DNA of 64,000 bases from Eledone cirrhosa (GCA_964016885.1 OZ024742.1:137206001-137270000), one strand, 5' to 3'; positions 1-13,267 are shown, counted from the first letter of the stretch. Notes: generated from the sequence alone by a model not told the origin. Numbers and translations: made by a program.

Positions 1-1179
1 ATAATAGGAGCACTCAGAATAATAACCACAATAAACCAGTGAGGGAGCCTCTATGCTCTTGTTGCCAAATAATTTGCTCCCGTCTAAAAACAAAATCAAT
101 GTAAGATATATAATGTCTGAAAAACGGTGCCATCGATATGGAACACCTATAATCATAGTGTTGCTCGACCAAATTAAATAACGTAGTCTTAGATATATCG
201 AAAAAGTGCCATAGACACCGTTGCCCTACCTATGATCATAGGTCTGCTTGATCAAATCTAATTTGGGTCTAAACAACAACTCACAACTTACTAATTTGAT
301 CACCAATAAGTATGTCAATAACATTCCTTTCTTCACACGCTATTTTCCTTGTTGATTCTATCAGTACATTGCTTCATCATTTCGACTGTCAGGCGTACCA
401 TAGTGTTTCACACATGATTTCTTTAAATTAACAGCAAAATCCTTCTTAAATAAAGCTCTATTGATTTCACACATTGCTAAAATTAGCAGCAAAGGCTTTC
501 TTAAATAAAGCTCTATTGATTTCAAACAGGAAGGATATGCTGGATAATGTAGTGCTAGATGCATTATACCTTGCAAAAGGTTAGGGAAGTAACGTCCTTG
601 ATTATTTATCTGCTCAATTTGTACTGAATTTGAAGTAAACAATACACATTTCAAAACTTTTTTTTTTTGCTGGTTAGTTTGATCAGATTTGATGTGAACT
701 TCTCAGAACATTGATATTTGAAATTATATCTACACGCTAAAGTATATAGTACATTTCGTTACGCTAGCGGATATTCAACTGATGGATCGATTGCTTGCAT
801 CCTGTCAGCGGTAATGTGGTTATGTCTGTCACTGCGTGAAGGATTTCTCAAATGTACCATTAGAACTAGTTGAAAATAGTTAATACTGATGAGGCATGTG
901 TATGTCTGTTATATCTCCGTCGATTCTGAGGACGCATGCTCCAGTTGTGTGTGTGTGTGTGTGTGTGTGTAGTGTGTGTGTGTGTCTAGTGTGTGGGTGC
1001 GTGCGTTTAAGAATGTGTATGTATACGTGCCTGTGTGTGTTTTAGGCCGCCGTCTATTCTAACAACGGGTGTTCTAGTGCTTCAAACAGGGGAGACAACT
1101 GCAAATGAAATTAACGTGCAAGTGACCGAGCATTCTTGATAAATGGCATCTACAGCATAGTTCTCGGGAATATTTAGGG

Positions 1180-1338
1180 TGATATAGAGAGTAACAAGGC
1201 TTGCATTTGGACCTGTAAGTATAACTTAGTTTCAGTAACTCAGTGAACTGGAGCAACGGGAAGGAATACGATGGACCACAAGGAGTGAAACTTGAAATCT
1301 TACGATTGTTAGTTGAACACCCTAACCACTAAGCCACA
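1180..1338 (-). mobile_element. Degraded tRNA-derived SINE (family B, CORE-like body)
   Basis: Minus strand reads GTGGCTTAGTGGTTAGGGTGTTC (A-box-like head), then TTGCTCCAGTTCACTGAG; similar copy at 51230-51375. Confidence 0.45.
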
Positions 1339-1439
1339 TGTCATCACTTGATTATGAACAACTCATGACTATAATCAATATCCAGGAAGTGGTTTTTTAC
1401 TTGTCTGTACGGAGTTCAGTTATTCTTGTGGATATAGCC

Positions 1440-1970
1440 CGTCGAATAATGATACTTTACACTGGTTAATTAATGAAGATGGAGAATACATGAGGAAGGA
1501 ATCAAAGCGAAACACTGTACAATATCTTTTTGAAATCAACATCTTCCTTGGTGCCGGAAGGAAAAGCCACAGTCTGCAAATTCTCTAGATAACTCCTTTC
1601 GTCTATTTGAAGGTCTGCTTCTGTTTTCGGTATAGAAATCATAGGGAAAAGTCTTAAACCTTATAGAATCACAAGGATCGATAAGACAAAGAGAACCACT
1701 TCGGTTTAATTGCCTTATGTTGATTATAGCTAAAATCCAATGTTCTTTATACAGTCCAGAAAAAATTCAATTTCTGCACTGAAAAATGTTGGATAGTTGA
1801 AATTATATTATTCATTAAACAACATGGGATGAAAATGCAGACCAATCGTATTCACAGGGACATATAATGAGGAATGCATCACTTGTGGTGCCTGGTATGT
1901 TATTGAAGCAATCACGAAACAAAAGCGACAAAATAGAGTGAAAGGTGCTGTTATCGGAATGTTAGAAAAA
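1440..1970 (+). pseudogene. Possible highly degraded RTE-like reverse transcriptase relic
   Basis: Only scattered peptide remnants (YVDY, ALKNVG) in broken frames. Confidence 0.25.
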
Positions 1971-2034
1971 TGATTATATATATATACATATATATGTGCG
2001 TATGTGTAAACTCAAACACAGGGACAAACATATG

Positions 2035-2121
<87 letters not shown>

Positions 2122-3170
2122 CTTTGTGTAATCTAAAACTTGTTTCTATTGGATTCTATGCCATAGGCGTTCATCTCCCCAACTCCGTTCTACAACACGT
2201 AAGTCCTCTGCAGTATTCTTCACAGCTAAGCTTCGAGACAAACATATATCTGCGTGCCACAATGGGATTATCTTATTCTTGCTCTAGCGCCACGTTGTTT
2301 GTGTTGTTTCTATTTGTTTTCCAAGTCTAAGTATCCGTTATGTGATTAGGGTATCAAAACCCATTTGTTCCGACCTGAACATGAATATATCCCAGGTATA
2401 TATTTACAATTTTTCTGTTCGTCTAAGTTGCTTGTTTGTCTGCCTGTGCGTCGTGTACACATAGTATTCTATCCCTTGAGCTCGCCATCACATCCGTACA
2501 ACGCCTTCCCAATTTGAGTATTATCGATGAAGGACTCACACTAAGGTTCCCAAACTACCAAACAACCGCGAGTTTAAAGGAGTTTACAGAAGAATAATTA
2601 CCGAGATTGACGTGATTGACCAAATCTCTTCCAGACACTACCTAAATATTTAGGGAGAGCTGCAACATGCTTTCACCATGTTTAAACATCATGACTTTGT
2701 GAAGTGGGTAATGTAGTCTCCAAGTTAATTTTCAACTTCTCTTCTTCACATTTCTATTCGTGTCGGATGCAAAATATTTTCATCTTTCAATCTTTATTTC
2801 TGTTTCTCATATAAACTAGCAATAGCATGAATACAGTTTGTTTCGTAATAGAAATGTATATTAAATCACGTATAGTGAGATATGTTTATGAATAATAAAA
2901 TCCGTATGAGTATTTTAAGCTGTAATCCTGTTACAGTTTTCTTACCTGACTACTGATATAAATGAGACATAATCACAGATTTAACGACACATATCGGGAC
3001 TTATATAAGCCTATCATATATGCCTTCTGATACAACACTCTTACGCCCCCTCCCCCCACACACAAACACACATATAGAAGCACACATACACACACATATA
3101 TATAAATATATATGTACGTATATATATCTATATATATATATCTATATATCTATATATATATATCTATATA

Positions 3171-3292
<122 letters not shown>

Positions 3293-4739
3293 ACATATCA
3301 GTTGATCGTTTTCTATTGCGAGTAAAACATGAAATATGCAACTTCCTTTGATTTTTGAAGGGATTTATTTTTGAAGGACTGTTTTAATTTCACAGCATTT
3401 GCTGAGAACAGAAGTGCATCACACGCCATGGATTTTGTAATAGCTCTGAGAGAAAAGAGCCTTCCTTTTCATTTGTTGCCGTCGTAGTTACAAAAAGGGC
3501 TGCTATTGTTTCTATTTTACATATTGTTTTTATTGCTATCTTCTCTTTTCTTTTTAGGCGATGTACATTTTATTTATTTGTGTTTATTACCCTTGCTACT
3601 GTTGTTTCTAGCTGTGTGCACCTGTTATCAATACTAGATCTAATGTTTAATATTCTCTTGTTATTATTTCAGAAGTCCGTTTTTACTGACAACGTTCTGA
3701 TAATGTCTACGTGTATTTCTTGATAGCCTGCTGGAATAGAATGATTTCAGTATATGGGAAATCAGAAGACAAAAAAAACCAATAAAATGAGCAACATTAG
3801 ATTCAAAAGAAAATACAATAAAAAGTTATTAACAAAAATGGTAGAAATCCTTATTACTATAAGACATGTAAAAATCAGTTCAAATATATAATAACAATAA
3901 TAATAATGATAATGATAATAATAATATATTTTATTATTATTATCATTATTATCATCATCATCAGCTTCACCTCCTCTGCAACTAGCTTCCTCCTCCTATT
4001 CCTCATCATCATTTTCAGAATCATCATTATCATTATCATCGTTGTTATTCGCTGTAATAAAGAAACCAAAAAAGTCAATATTGAATGATGAATCTAATCA
4101 ATGTTATTAAACTAGAAAATTAATATTGATTTTACACGAAGAGCCACAGCAATAACAGTATCAAAGATGGTAACAAAAACCGACAGAATCAGAATACTGT
4201 ATATGTGGGGTATCTAAGTGAGTCCGTATGTGAGTGTATATGCGTGCGATTATGCTATAAACATCACTTGACGTATGGCGTTGATGATTTTGCTGTGTTT
4301 AAATTACCAATTTATTCCGTGTTAATTAACATTTATTACTTTTGTTCAGCGTTCTATAAACATAATTTCAGTACCTATGATATTTCACATTTCACGAAGA
4401 CAAATATAATAGCGTGTTAATCACTCCGGCTTGTCGCTCACGTCGAATAATTACTTTATATCTCTTTTTTTTTTTAGTTTCCATTCTTCTTTTTTTTTAG
4501 TATGTTGCACTCGTTCAGACATTAAGAAAGTTTTAGTAACCTCGTGTTTATAGCAACTATCTAGTATGTGACTTAAATGAGACGGCACCCTAATGTGCTT
4601 TGTATTCAGACAAATACCCTATTGGATATATACTTTTTTAAAAGATATATCCATGTTGAAAAATAATGTTTACTCTGGCAAAATGAGGACTTTAATTATC
4701 TCCTTGTTTACATATTATCAGTTTTAACGTCCTCTCTAC

Positions 4740-4927
4740 GGATTGTCAATATCGGTAGAGCCTCAGACAGCGTGCTTTGCGGCATAGAGTTATGGCCCTT
4801 CACGTTGTAAGTCCAAATCCCGCTGAGGTTAACTTTGCCTTTCATCCTTACGGGGTCGATAAAATAAAGCTCCAGTAATGCACTTAGATAAATGATGGCC
4901 TTGTGCCAAAAGTAGAAACAATTATTA
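4740..4927 (+). mobile_element. tRNA-derived SINE family A (Meta/Nin-like central domain, ATT tail)
   Basis: A-box-like TGTCAATATCGG, B-box-like AGTCCAAATCC, core GCCTTTCATCCTTACGGGGTCGATAAAATAAAG, 3' GGCCTTGTGCCAAAAGTAGAAACAATTATT; many copies in window. Confidence 0.85.
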
Positions 4928-5084
4928 GCAATACATTCAAGAAATACCTGAAATGTACTTCTCAAATTTACTCGAAAAATTCATTGAACGATTGCCGAAT
5001 TGAGTAAAGAGGGAAAAAAAGGCCTCTTTGTTGATGAATGGCCACGGAATGAGGATCTAGAAAGTTTCATTCCACGGAACATGA

Positions 5085-5335
5085 CCTGGCAAAGTGTTGT
5101 TACGGAAGACCAGCAGTCACATATGCATACAAGAATCCCCTTTCCACACCATCAATGTCGTCGAAGCGAAAGGGCATATACCGATACAACATGGCACCAG
5201 TGATCCGCAACGAATTTCTACAGATGAATTGAAATAAAGTGTCTTGTTCAAGGTCATAAACCATCGTCCAGTTCAAAAATTGAACTCAAAATCCCACGCT
5301 TGCGAATCCAACTCTATAAATACTACACCATCCAG
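5085..5335 (-). mobile_element. Degraded tRNA-derived SINE (family C, resembling a common octopod repeat)
   Basis: Minus strand has B-box-like GAGTTCAATT and CORE-like CTTGAACAAGACACTTTATTTC; body GTTACGGAAGACCAGCAGTC recalled from octopus repeats (not searched). Confidence 0.5.
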
Positions 5336-5389
5336 CAAAATATTACGATGAATAGTTGTTGCTTACCTTTCTCAAAACCCTTTACTTAC

Positions 5390-5456
<67 letters not shown>

Positions 5457-6039
5457 TTGTATTAATATATACATCTATATTCACATAGTCATTTTACTCA
5501 TAAATAAACACACATACACACACATTTATATATATGCATATGTATTTATAGATGTATTTATTCATTTATTCATTGCTTTATTATTGCATCATATGTGTAT
5601 GGGGATATGTTTGTGTATGTGTATATGAAATCATGTATGTATATCATAAGTAAGGAGAGTGCAGAAGTGGGAAGAGTAAGGGATAGAGAGGGGAAATGAG
5701 GGAGAAAGTAGGTAGGGGTTGTATTGATAGAAATAAATATAACGTGATGGTAATATTTAGAAAAGGAAATAAAAGCAAAAACAGAGGGAGGTTAGTTTCA
5801 CTGGATTGTATCTCACTGCGGTATTTGTGTATTGTATTAGATTATGGAAGAATTTTGCTGACAAGAATCTGTCGAAAAACAATAAATCGCCACCAAAGAT
5901 ATTAGAAAGCCATCACTGTAAATTAAAGAAGACAGTAAAGGGATATAAAGCTGCAAAGGCAGTAAATGTTTTTGGACAGTTTGACTCCAACGGCAGGACC
6001 GACCAATAACAATTTCTAATTTAGATACACAGTCAACTA

Positions 6040-6150
6040 TTATTGGAGAAAGGAAATGTTGATTGTATCGACCCCAGTACTTGACTGGTACATTATTTAA
6101 TCGACCTCGGAAGGAGGAAAAGCAAAATTAAGGTTGACGGGACTTAAGAC
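6040..6150 (-). mobile_element. Older SINE family A-like fragment
   Basis: ATCGACCCCAGTACTTGACTGGTAC...ATCGACCTCGGAAGGAGGAAAAGC matches the reverse complement of the family A core. Confidence 0.5.
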
Positions 6151-6498
6151 GTGATTAAATAGAAATAAAACTGATAAAGCAGCAAATGTTATGGGAAAGG
6201 AAGACTCCGATGATAGGAAACGCTAATAATGAAATGGTAATATAATTACGCTACGTAGAATTTATTTACCAACAGTCAATCAATTGTCAATTTATCTTCA
6301 CTAAACAAGTTTCTACAATATGCAAATTACCATATCCAATCGATGATTCTGTCGCAAAAATATATGTAAGCTCTAGTTTGTTATAGTCACAGATAACAGA
6401 TAAACATCTTGAAACACGTATTCGTATTTCTCACACGGCTACAGAGATATCTGTAACATGTAATTGCTCCAAGCTGATATATATGTATGCATGTGTGT

Positions 6499-6574
<76 letters not shown>

Positions 6575-6779
6575 AAATTTTTATATTTGATAATCTCCCA
6601 TAAGGTTGAGATGCAACTTGGGCAATATTAGGCTGCGCTTTCTAGCAACCAGCCTACTAGCCATAAGGCACCAATCACATTCTTTCTGACTTGACCACTG
6701 CCACGTCACACTTCTTAGCCACTTTGAATTCGTTTCTGGCGGGGATCATTTAAGAAAAATCTTTGTCCAAGTGAGGTTG

Positions 6780-6858
6780 TTTCCTGATGAGTTCGAAACT
6801 CGAGAATTTATGCTTGATAGGATATTTCCGAAAGTGAACGAAACCCTAAGGGTAGAAA
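6780..6858 (+). ncRNA. Type I hammerhead ribozyme motif
   Basis: Stem I TTTC/GAAA; core CTGATGA (6784-6790); stem II GTTC/GAAC; GAAA (6840-6843); stem III ACCC-TAA-GGGT; cleavage triplet GUA (after 6854). Confidence 0.75.
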
Positions 6859-7152
6859 GGTAATCCTGGTATGTGTATATGCATTTTTTCTTCTAACTTT
6901 AATTTTATACCTAATTGTGTATGGTTGACGATATATTTAATCGATTTCCACGTGCTATTGAAATGATGGGTAAATATTCTATGGCTGTTGATCGCGAATA
7001 AATGGCTATCGCTTATTTATCTATTATTTCTGCACAGGTGCCTTTTAATCTTATAGCCTGGTTTAATTGGTTTTTTGTGTGGTTGATTATGCTAATTGGG
7101 AGAGGAAATTGAGTATATATCTTATCAAATGATTCTAAGGACATAATTTATA

Positions 7153-7203
<51 letters not shown>

Positions 7204-7206
<3 letters not shown>

Positions 7207-7432
7207 GGTGTGGACGATATTTGTTCGCAATTTTCAACTGCTAATTTTATGCAAATATTTTTTAATTCCGTTGTCACTCTTGTCTTCATAAAAAGAGTGA
7301 CTATATTTCCATTATTTATTTTCAGAATAATTGATTATGAATAATTTTAAACCTCCAAATTTGTGGAAGAGACACGGAGTTCTTCTTGGAATCCGCGCTG
7401 GGAGGACAAATAAGGAAATTTCAGACTTTCTG
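7204..7432 (+). mobile_element. Tc1/mariner-like transposon 5' end with transposase N-terminus (truncated)
   Basis: TA|CAGGGTG start typical of Tc1/mariner TIRs; ATG at 7337 gives MNNFKPPNLWKRHGVLLGIRAGRTNKEISDFL (HTH-like), then breaks into (TA)n. Confidence 0.6.
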
Positions 7433-7681
7433 TATATATATATATATATATATTATTATTATTATTATTGAATGCTATGGTTGACGGAGGCTCGGCTCTG
7501 TAAGGTATTGTAAATATTGACCGCTATATCAATTGTAAATTGTTTAAAACTTTAACCAAATTGTAGACAAAAACACCCTCCTCCTCATGAGAGGGGTCTT
7601 TCTGCCCGTTATTTGGCCCTTCGGTGTTAAATAACCGCTTATAGGGGTTTTGTGCCCAATATTTATTTAAAAAAAAAAAAA

Positions 7682-9814
7682 ATGGCTACGAAAAAGAATT
7701 TTCATAAGTCACTCCCACTCATACCGTCTTCTTCTTCCTCAATCGTCACTACAGCAGAGAGAAGATTGTCTCTCTCCCTCCCTTCTCTAAATGTGTCTCT
7801 CTCCCTCCCTTCTCTTTCGCATGCGACGCCAGAAAAGAAAAATCACGTGCAAAGCGTGCAAGATTTCTCCACGACGACAACGACAACGACGAAAAAGGTG
7901 TGCGGGAAATACGAAAACCCATTTCATTTGTCTGACGTCAGGAATAATAGCTGTAGCAGCCGTAATAACAGGAGTCGTAATAACAGCAGCAACAGCAACA
8001 GTGACAAGGAAAACAACAGTAGCAGCCGCAACAGCATCAGCAGCAGCATAAACAACAACAGCATTAGCAGCAATAACAACAAAAACCACAGCAACAGCGG
8101 CGGCGGCAGTAGTCGTAGTACCTGCAGCAACAACAAAAGTAACAGCAGCTCTGACGACAACAACAACAGCAGCAATGAAAAAACAATCTCGTTTGCAGGT
8201 ATCGCAAAGAACCTGGAAACCATCCTCATAACAAATGAGGAATTAGAGGAAGCGAAGAAGAGGGTGACGAATACCGGACACCGAGCAATCTGAAAGGCAG
8301 CCGAACATTTTTTCGAAACCCAACAGCACTGTACGGTCAAGTACCGTACAGTAAGCACAAAATCCCGTAGGGTTGAAAGAGCCACAGAGGCTCAAATACA
8401 AAAGTCCTGAGGGTCTGTGTGGCAGCGGAAAACGCACATCACCCGAGGCAAGAAATATGCCACCGTAAACGTGCTTTTTGCCACACCCCAGGAGGCAAAG
8501 GCTCAATCCTTAGTGACCCTAAGGAGCGAGGAAATGGTGTTGGTGCCCTCCTACAGCGGGCAAAAAATTGTGAGTGTCAAACTGACCCACGCCCCCCCCC
8601 CCCCCCCCGGGATGTCCCCTTCTTGGCTGGCCGCGTCTGTCCTCGTCGGAAACGAGGACAAAACAACTGTACTGCAAGTACAGAAAAAAGTAAGAGAAGA
8701 TTGGGTCGGCAAGTCCATTGAGATGTTAATCCAAACCAACCAGGAGTGCATCGAAGCTATCCCGGATGTGATAGACTTCGATAACGGCACTCAACTGCCC
8801 ATAAGTGTTGAGGGCAAATGCCCGAAATGCTTTCGCTATGGATCGAAGACTCACCTCAGGGCCTTCTGCAACGAGAAGACCCTGAGAAAGGAAAATAAAA
8901 ACTTCCTTCCGAAACCGGCTCCACGGCTACCAGCAACAGGACATGCAGCAACCAGGAACGATAGGTCCGTGGCACCCTTACCCACGGCACGGAAATCAAG
9001 AACAGCAGCAGCAGTGGAAGTATTAATAACAACAACAGCAATACCAAATGCAGCTGAAACAGAGACTCCACTGCAAACATCACCAACAACAACAAGTGAA
9101 AGAGTGGAGCTGGTACCCCTCCCCGACCTCACAGAATCAGACATGGAGTGGGAAGTGGGAAAGGGATGGCAAAAGGTCGTAAGAAGGCACAAACGCAGAA
9201 GCAGCGCATCATCGCCTTCGAAAAGGGAGGGAAGAAATGAAAAAAGGGTAAAGGCTACTGCAAAGAGACTCACAGCAGCAACACCACCAACACCATCACC
9301 ACCCACACTAGCACCACCATCACCACCGGCGACAACCCCGCCGCCAACAACAACAACACCTTCAACACCACCACCACAATAACCAACATCGCAAACACAA
9401 CAACAAAACACGCACACTCAGCAACAACGACAAGAAAATAGCAGAACCACACCCCACCCCCAGAAAAACAAATGCACGGCAATAAATACACACAACAAGA
9501 AACTAATGACTTACATAATTGAACACACAGACATTTCACAGCACGACTACATAATACCAGCACCAATGAAAACGCCAACGAACATAAGACTGCTAAAAAT
9601 AGCACAGAAACAACACACAAACATTAAAACGAAATTCCCCAACGCAGTTGGTAATTTCAGAGACCTAGGAGGGACTCTCAACCGGAGAGTATATTCGGAC
9701 ATACTCATAGAAGAGCCGACGACCAACCGAAGGGACGATTCAACGGTCCCTTCACCAGACGATCAAGTGAAAAGGGATGGAGAAACCATCCTTCCTCTAC
9801 GAAAAGTATGGTAA
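7682..9814 (+). pseudogene. Tx1 copy 1 ORF1 (gag-like; degenerate CCHC knuckle; Asn/Ser- and Pro/Thr-rich tracts)
   Basis: ORFs 7652-8293, 8417-9382 and 9506-9814 share one frame, interrupted by stops at 8291, 8408 and 9380; CFRYGSKTHLRAFC knuckle remnant. Confidence 0.8.
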
Positions 9815-9849
9815 GTGGTCTTTCCCATCTTTTCCACTCTATTTTAAAC

Positions 9850-12800
9850 ATGACCTCACTCAGAATAGGCAGCATAAATGCGCGTGGCTTGGGGTCGTCA
9901 TGGAAGCAGGGTCACCTGCTCAACGACCTCAGGTCACTAAACATAGATGTAGTGGCCATCAGCGAGACCAGAATCTCCGAAGCCCGGGCCTTCACATCGA
10001 TCTTCGGCGGCTACGATGTAAACGCATCTCCCTGCCGTCCTGGATCGGGGGGAGGAGTTGCTGTGTTTTTCGGAGAGGTTTGGATATCGACATACGGGCC
10101 ATCTTCCTGGACCCAGAGGGTAAGTTGGTGGTGCTGGACGTGACCAGCGGAGACGGGCAAGCTTTCAGGCTAGTGGTCGTCTATGCCCCGACAGGAGCAG
10201 GGCGGCCTGATTTCTTCCGACGTCTGCTGAACTTTTTTGGAACGTCCCGCTATATAGTGTTAGTGGGCGACTGGAACGAGATCTTAGATGCACACTAGGA
10301 CTGTGTGGGATTAACGGATAGGGGTGGAGAGTGCAAGAGCCTCACCAACCTGCTCAGGCGTTTTGAACTGTCTGACAGGTACCGATTGGATTTCCCGAAT
10401 GTGCCAATGTGGACTTGGACAAATCGCATAGGGTCATCCAGATCATATCTAGATAGAGTATTTTGTCGGGAAATAGATAGGTCTAGCATAGGTTGTCCAC
10501 AATTCAAGATAGTCAGCTACACGGACCACAAATTCGTGATCTGTGTGCTTGACTTAGATAGGCTTCATAGACGAGGACCCTGCTACTGGAAGCTAAACGC
10601 GTCCTTACCTGCGCGCAAGGCCTACAGAGACCGGATTAGCTAACTAGTTAAGCGGGCGTTGACGGGGGCCATCGTCAACAACAAGTGGTGGTTTGCTCTG
10701 AAAAGAGCGATTAGAATTAAATCCATTAGGTTTAGTAAGGCTTTAGCAATAAAGAAAAATAAGCAGAGGGAGAATTAGTTAGAAAATTAGACGAGGCGCT
10801 TAGCAAAGGCATCGCGACCGACGTGCTTGCGGCGAAATTGGCCCTTGACCAATTCTTCAATGCAAAGCACGAAGGCTGCGTTGTCAGAGCTAGGGTGCGT
10901 GCTCTCAGACACGAGGGGACGAAAGCCGTTCAATGGGCCCGAGTGGCGGAGGCGCATCATGGCAACAAAGCCACGATCCGGTCTTTGGTGGAACACGACA
11001 GGCGCATGCTACTCGATCCCGGGCAAATGTGTGAAGCTGTTCAGCGACACTACGCTCAGCTGTTCGGGGGCAGCAGTGGGCCGGGTCGAGGGATGGACTT
11101 TAGTGTCTACCTCGACGGACTGCCGCGGCACTCGGCCACTGAAGCGGAGTGTTGCAAAAAGTCGATAACAGCCGCTGAAGTACGGGAGGCAATGACTGGC
11201 TGCACAAGTGGTAAATCGCCTGATTTGGATGGTCTGCCCTATGAACTTTACGTACAGATGCCAGACTTGTTCAGAGGCCTGTTGGCGGACGTCTACTGCA
11301 ACTGGCAACAGAATGGGAGAATTCCCAGCTCTGTGAGCCGAGGAGCGGTGGCACTGCTGAGAAAGGAGCGAACAAGGGGGATAACATAGATAATTTCAGG
11401 CCCATAACTCTGCTAAACACAGAGTTCCAGATTTTGGCCAAGGTGCTAGCAAAGAGGTTGGCGCTTGTCGTCGGTGGTCTGGTGGGAGAGGCGCAGACAT
11501 GCGCCATTCCCGACAGATCCATCCACGACAACCTCCACCTCATGCGATACATCGTAGAGAGGGTAGCTAGGGAACCTGGCACGGGTGGGTCCTTGATCAA
11601 TTTAGATCAGTCGAAAGCTTTCGATAGGGTCGACCATCGTTACCTAGCAGCAGTCCTGAGGGCGGCTGGCTTTGGGCCCGTCTTCAGAAGCTGGATCGCT
11701 GCCATGCACAGCGACATTTGCTCTGTGGTGAGAGTGAACGGTCACCTTTCGGAACCGTTCAACATCATGCGCTCGGTCCGCCAAGGATGTCCCCTCTCGT
11801 CCCTCTTGTACGTATTGACTCTCGAGCCATTACTGCACAAACTGGAGACGTTGAGGGACATCCCACGCGAACTAGGATGCGGAAGATCCGTGTCAGCATA
11901 TGCGGACGATGTCACCGTAGTGGTGTCGAACGCCAAATACATCGAGGCGATCGGCACTACACTAAGAGAATACGAAGCGGTGACAGGAGCAATGATCAAC
12001 CAGGAAAAGTCAGTGGGCCTGCAGCTCGGCACCTGGAGAGGCAGGTCCATGCCGTCCAACAGCGTCGTCGGACGCTGGACGGACGGACCGGTTAAATTGC
12101 TAGGGATCTGGTTCGGTCCAGACCTCCAGACGGACAAAAACTGGGATGAGGTGACGAGCAGGGTGGTTTCTCTCACCCAGAAATGGGCGGAGAGGAAGCT
12201 ATCCCTGAAAGGTCGAGCGGAGGTGGCTAACGCGTACATCGCGTCTGTCATCTGCTACCGCCTGACCGTCGTACCTTGTCCTAAGCCCCGCCTGACTGCG
12301 CTGGAGCGGTTGCTCTTTCGCTTTTTGTGGAAGGGACGCGCTCCGAAGGTGAGGCGGTCTATCTGCTGTCAACACTCGCTACGTGGAATGCTGGGAATGC
12401 CGTGGCTGATGATGCGCAGACACGCGCTCAGGCTACGACATCTTCATCTCTTCCTCGACGGTGATCAGGTGTGGTCGCTGTTTGCTAGACACGTATTTCC
12501 CCAGCTCGTTTCCTTGACGGAGCTGCAGTCCTGGGTCAAGCGAAGACCGAGAGGGAGCGCCTGGAGACTGGAATGTCTTCAGGCGCTCACAGCCCTCGAC
12601 CAATCGGGCAATGTGATCGGTGGAAACTCCACCTCGTCGTTCTATAGAGGATTAGTGGAGGGGAAGAGCGACGACGTACCTGGGGAAACTCTAGGCGTCA
12701 ACGAAAATCAACTAGCCAATCTCTTCGGAAGAACTTTCCGGCCGGGGCCTATGGACACCTTCCAGAAATCTCTGGCCTGGCAGTGCTACCGAGGAGCCTT

Positions 12801-13267
12801 GCCAGTTCGGGATAAACTCTACAAGCATGGAGGTGCCGTCAGCCGGGCATGTCCGAGATGCGTGCAGGGCGACGAAACCGTCCTGCACGCACTCGTCCAG
12901 TGTCCGAAAATTTGTTGACTTGTGGGTTTATGTCGAACACCTGCTGTCGCGTGTAGGACGGATCCGGCTATCAGCAGAATCCATTGTGACGATTGCCCCG
13001 CCCTCCTTCTTTAGCCGGGAAGGGCAGGCAGTTTTTATCTGTCTGGTGGCCATGGCGAAAGAGATAGTATGGTGGACACGTTTGAAAGGGCTGAAGACGA
13101 GCACTTACCTCTTCGGTGATGCCCTGATTGACTTTTTCAAATTTCATTTGAAAAGGAAAATCAGAGTAGAGAGGGAAGTGCTCTCTTCCCAGCATTTTGT
13201 TGAAAGATGGGTGAGAGAAGCAAGAATGGCCCGAGTGAATGGGCCTACTCTGAATATATATCTGTAA
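9850..13267 (+). pseudogene. Tx1 copy 1 ORF2: APE endonuclease, reverse transcriptase, C-terminal zinc-binding region (frameshifted)
   Basis: SINARG, AISETR, VYAP, GDWN, YLDR, TDH (APE); LDQSKAFDRVDH, VRQGCPLS, AYADD (RT); CPRC...ETVLHALVQC. Confidence 0.92.

Noticed and set aside
443-524. 27-bp direct repeat TTCTTAAATAAAGCTCTATTGATTTCA
   Set aside because: Two copies only; a simple local duplication with no further structure
880-930. CTGATGA motifs at 886, 18138, 19521, 20110, 54213 and 55650 as hammerheads
   Set aside because: No correctly placed GAAA/UH with three pairable stems; 18138 is cut off by (TA)n
3875-4088. Hydrophobic Ile/Met-rich ORFs
   Set aside because: Derived from (ATC)/(ATT)/(ATA) trinucleotide repeats
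8291-8410. Two in-frame TGA codons in Tx1 ORF1 as selenocysteine or readthrough
   Set aside because: A TAA also interrupts the frame at 9380, ORF2 is frameshifted, and no SECIS is evident; ordinary decay is simpler
7787-9620. Antisense and alternate-frame ORFs over Tx1 ORF1 (also 35924-36465, 41855-42712)
   Set aside because: Shadow frames of low-complexity CA-rich coding sequence
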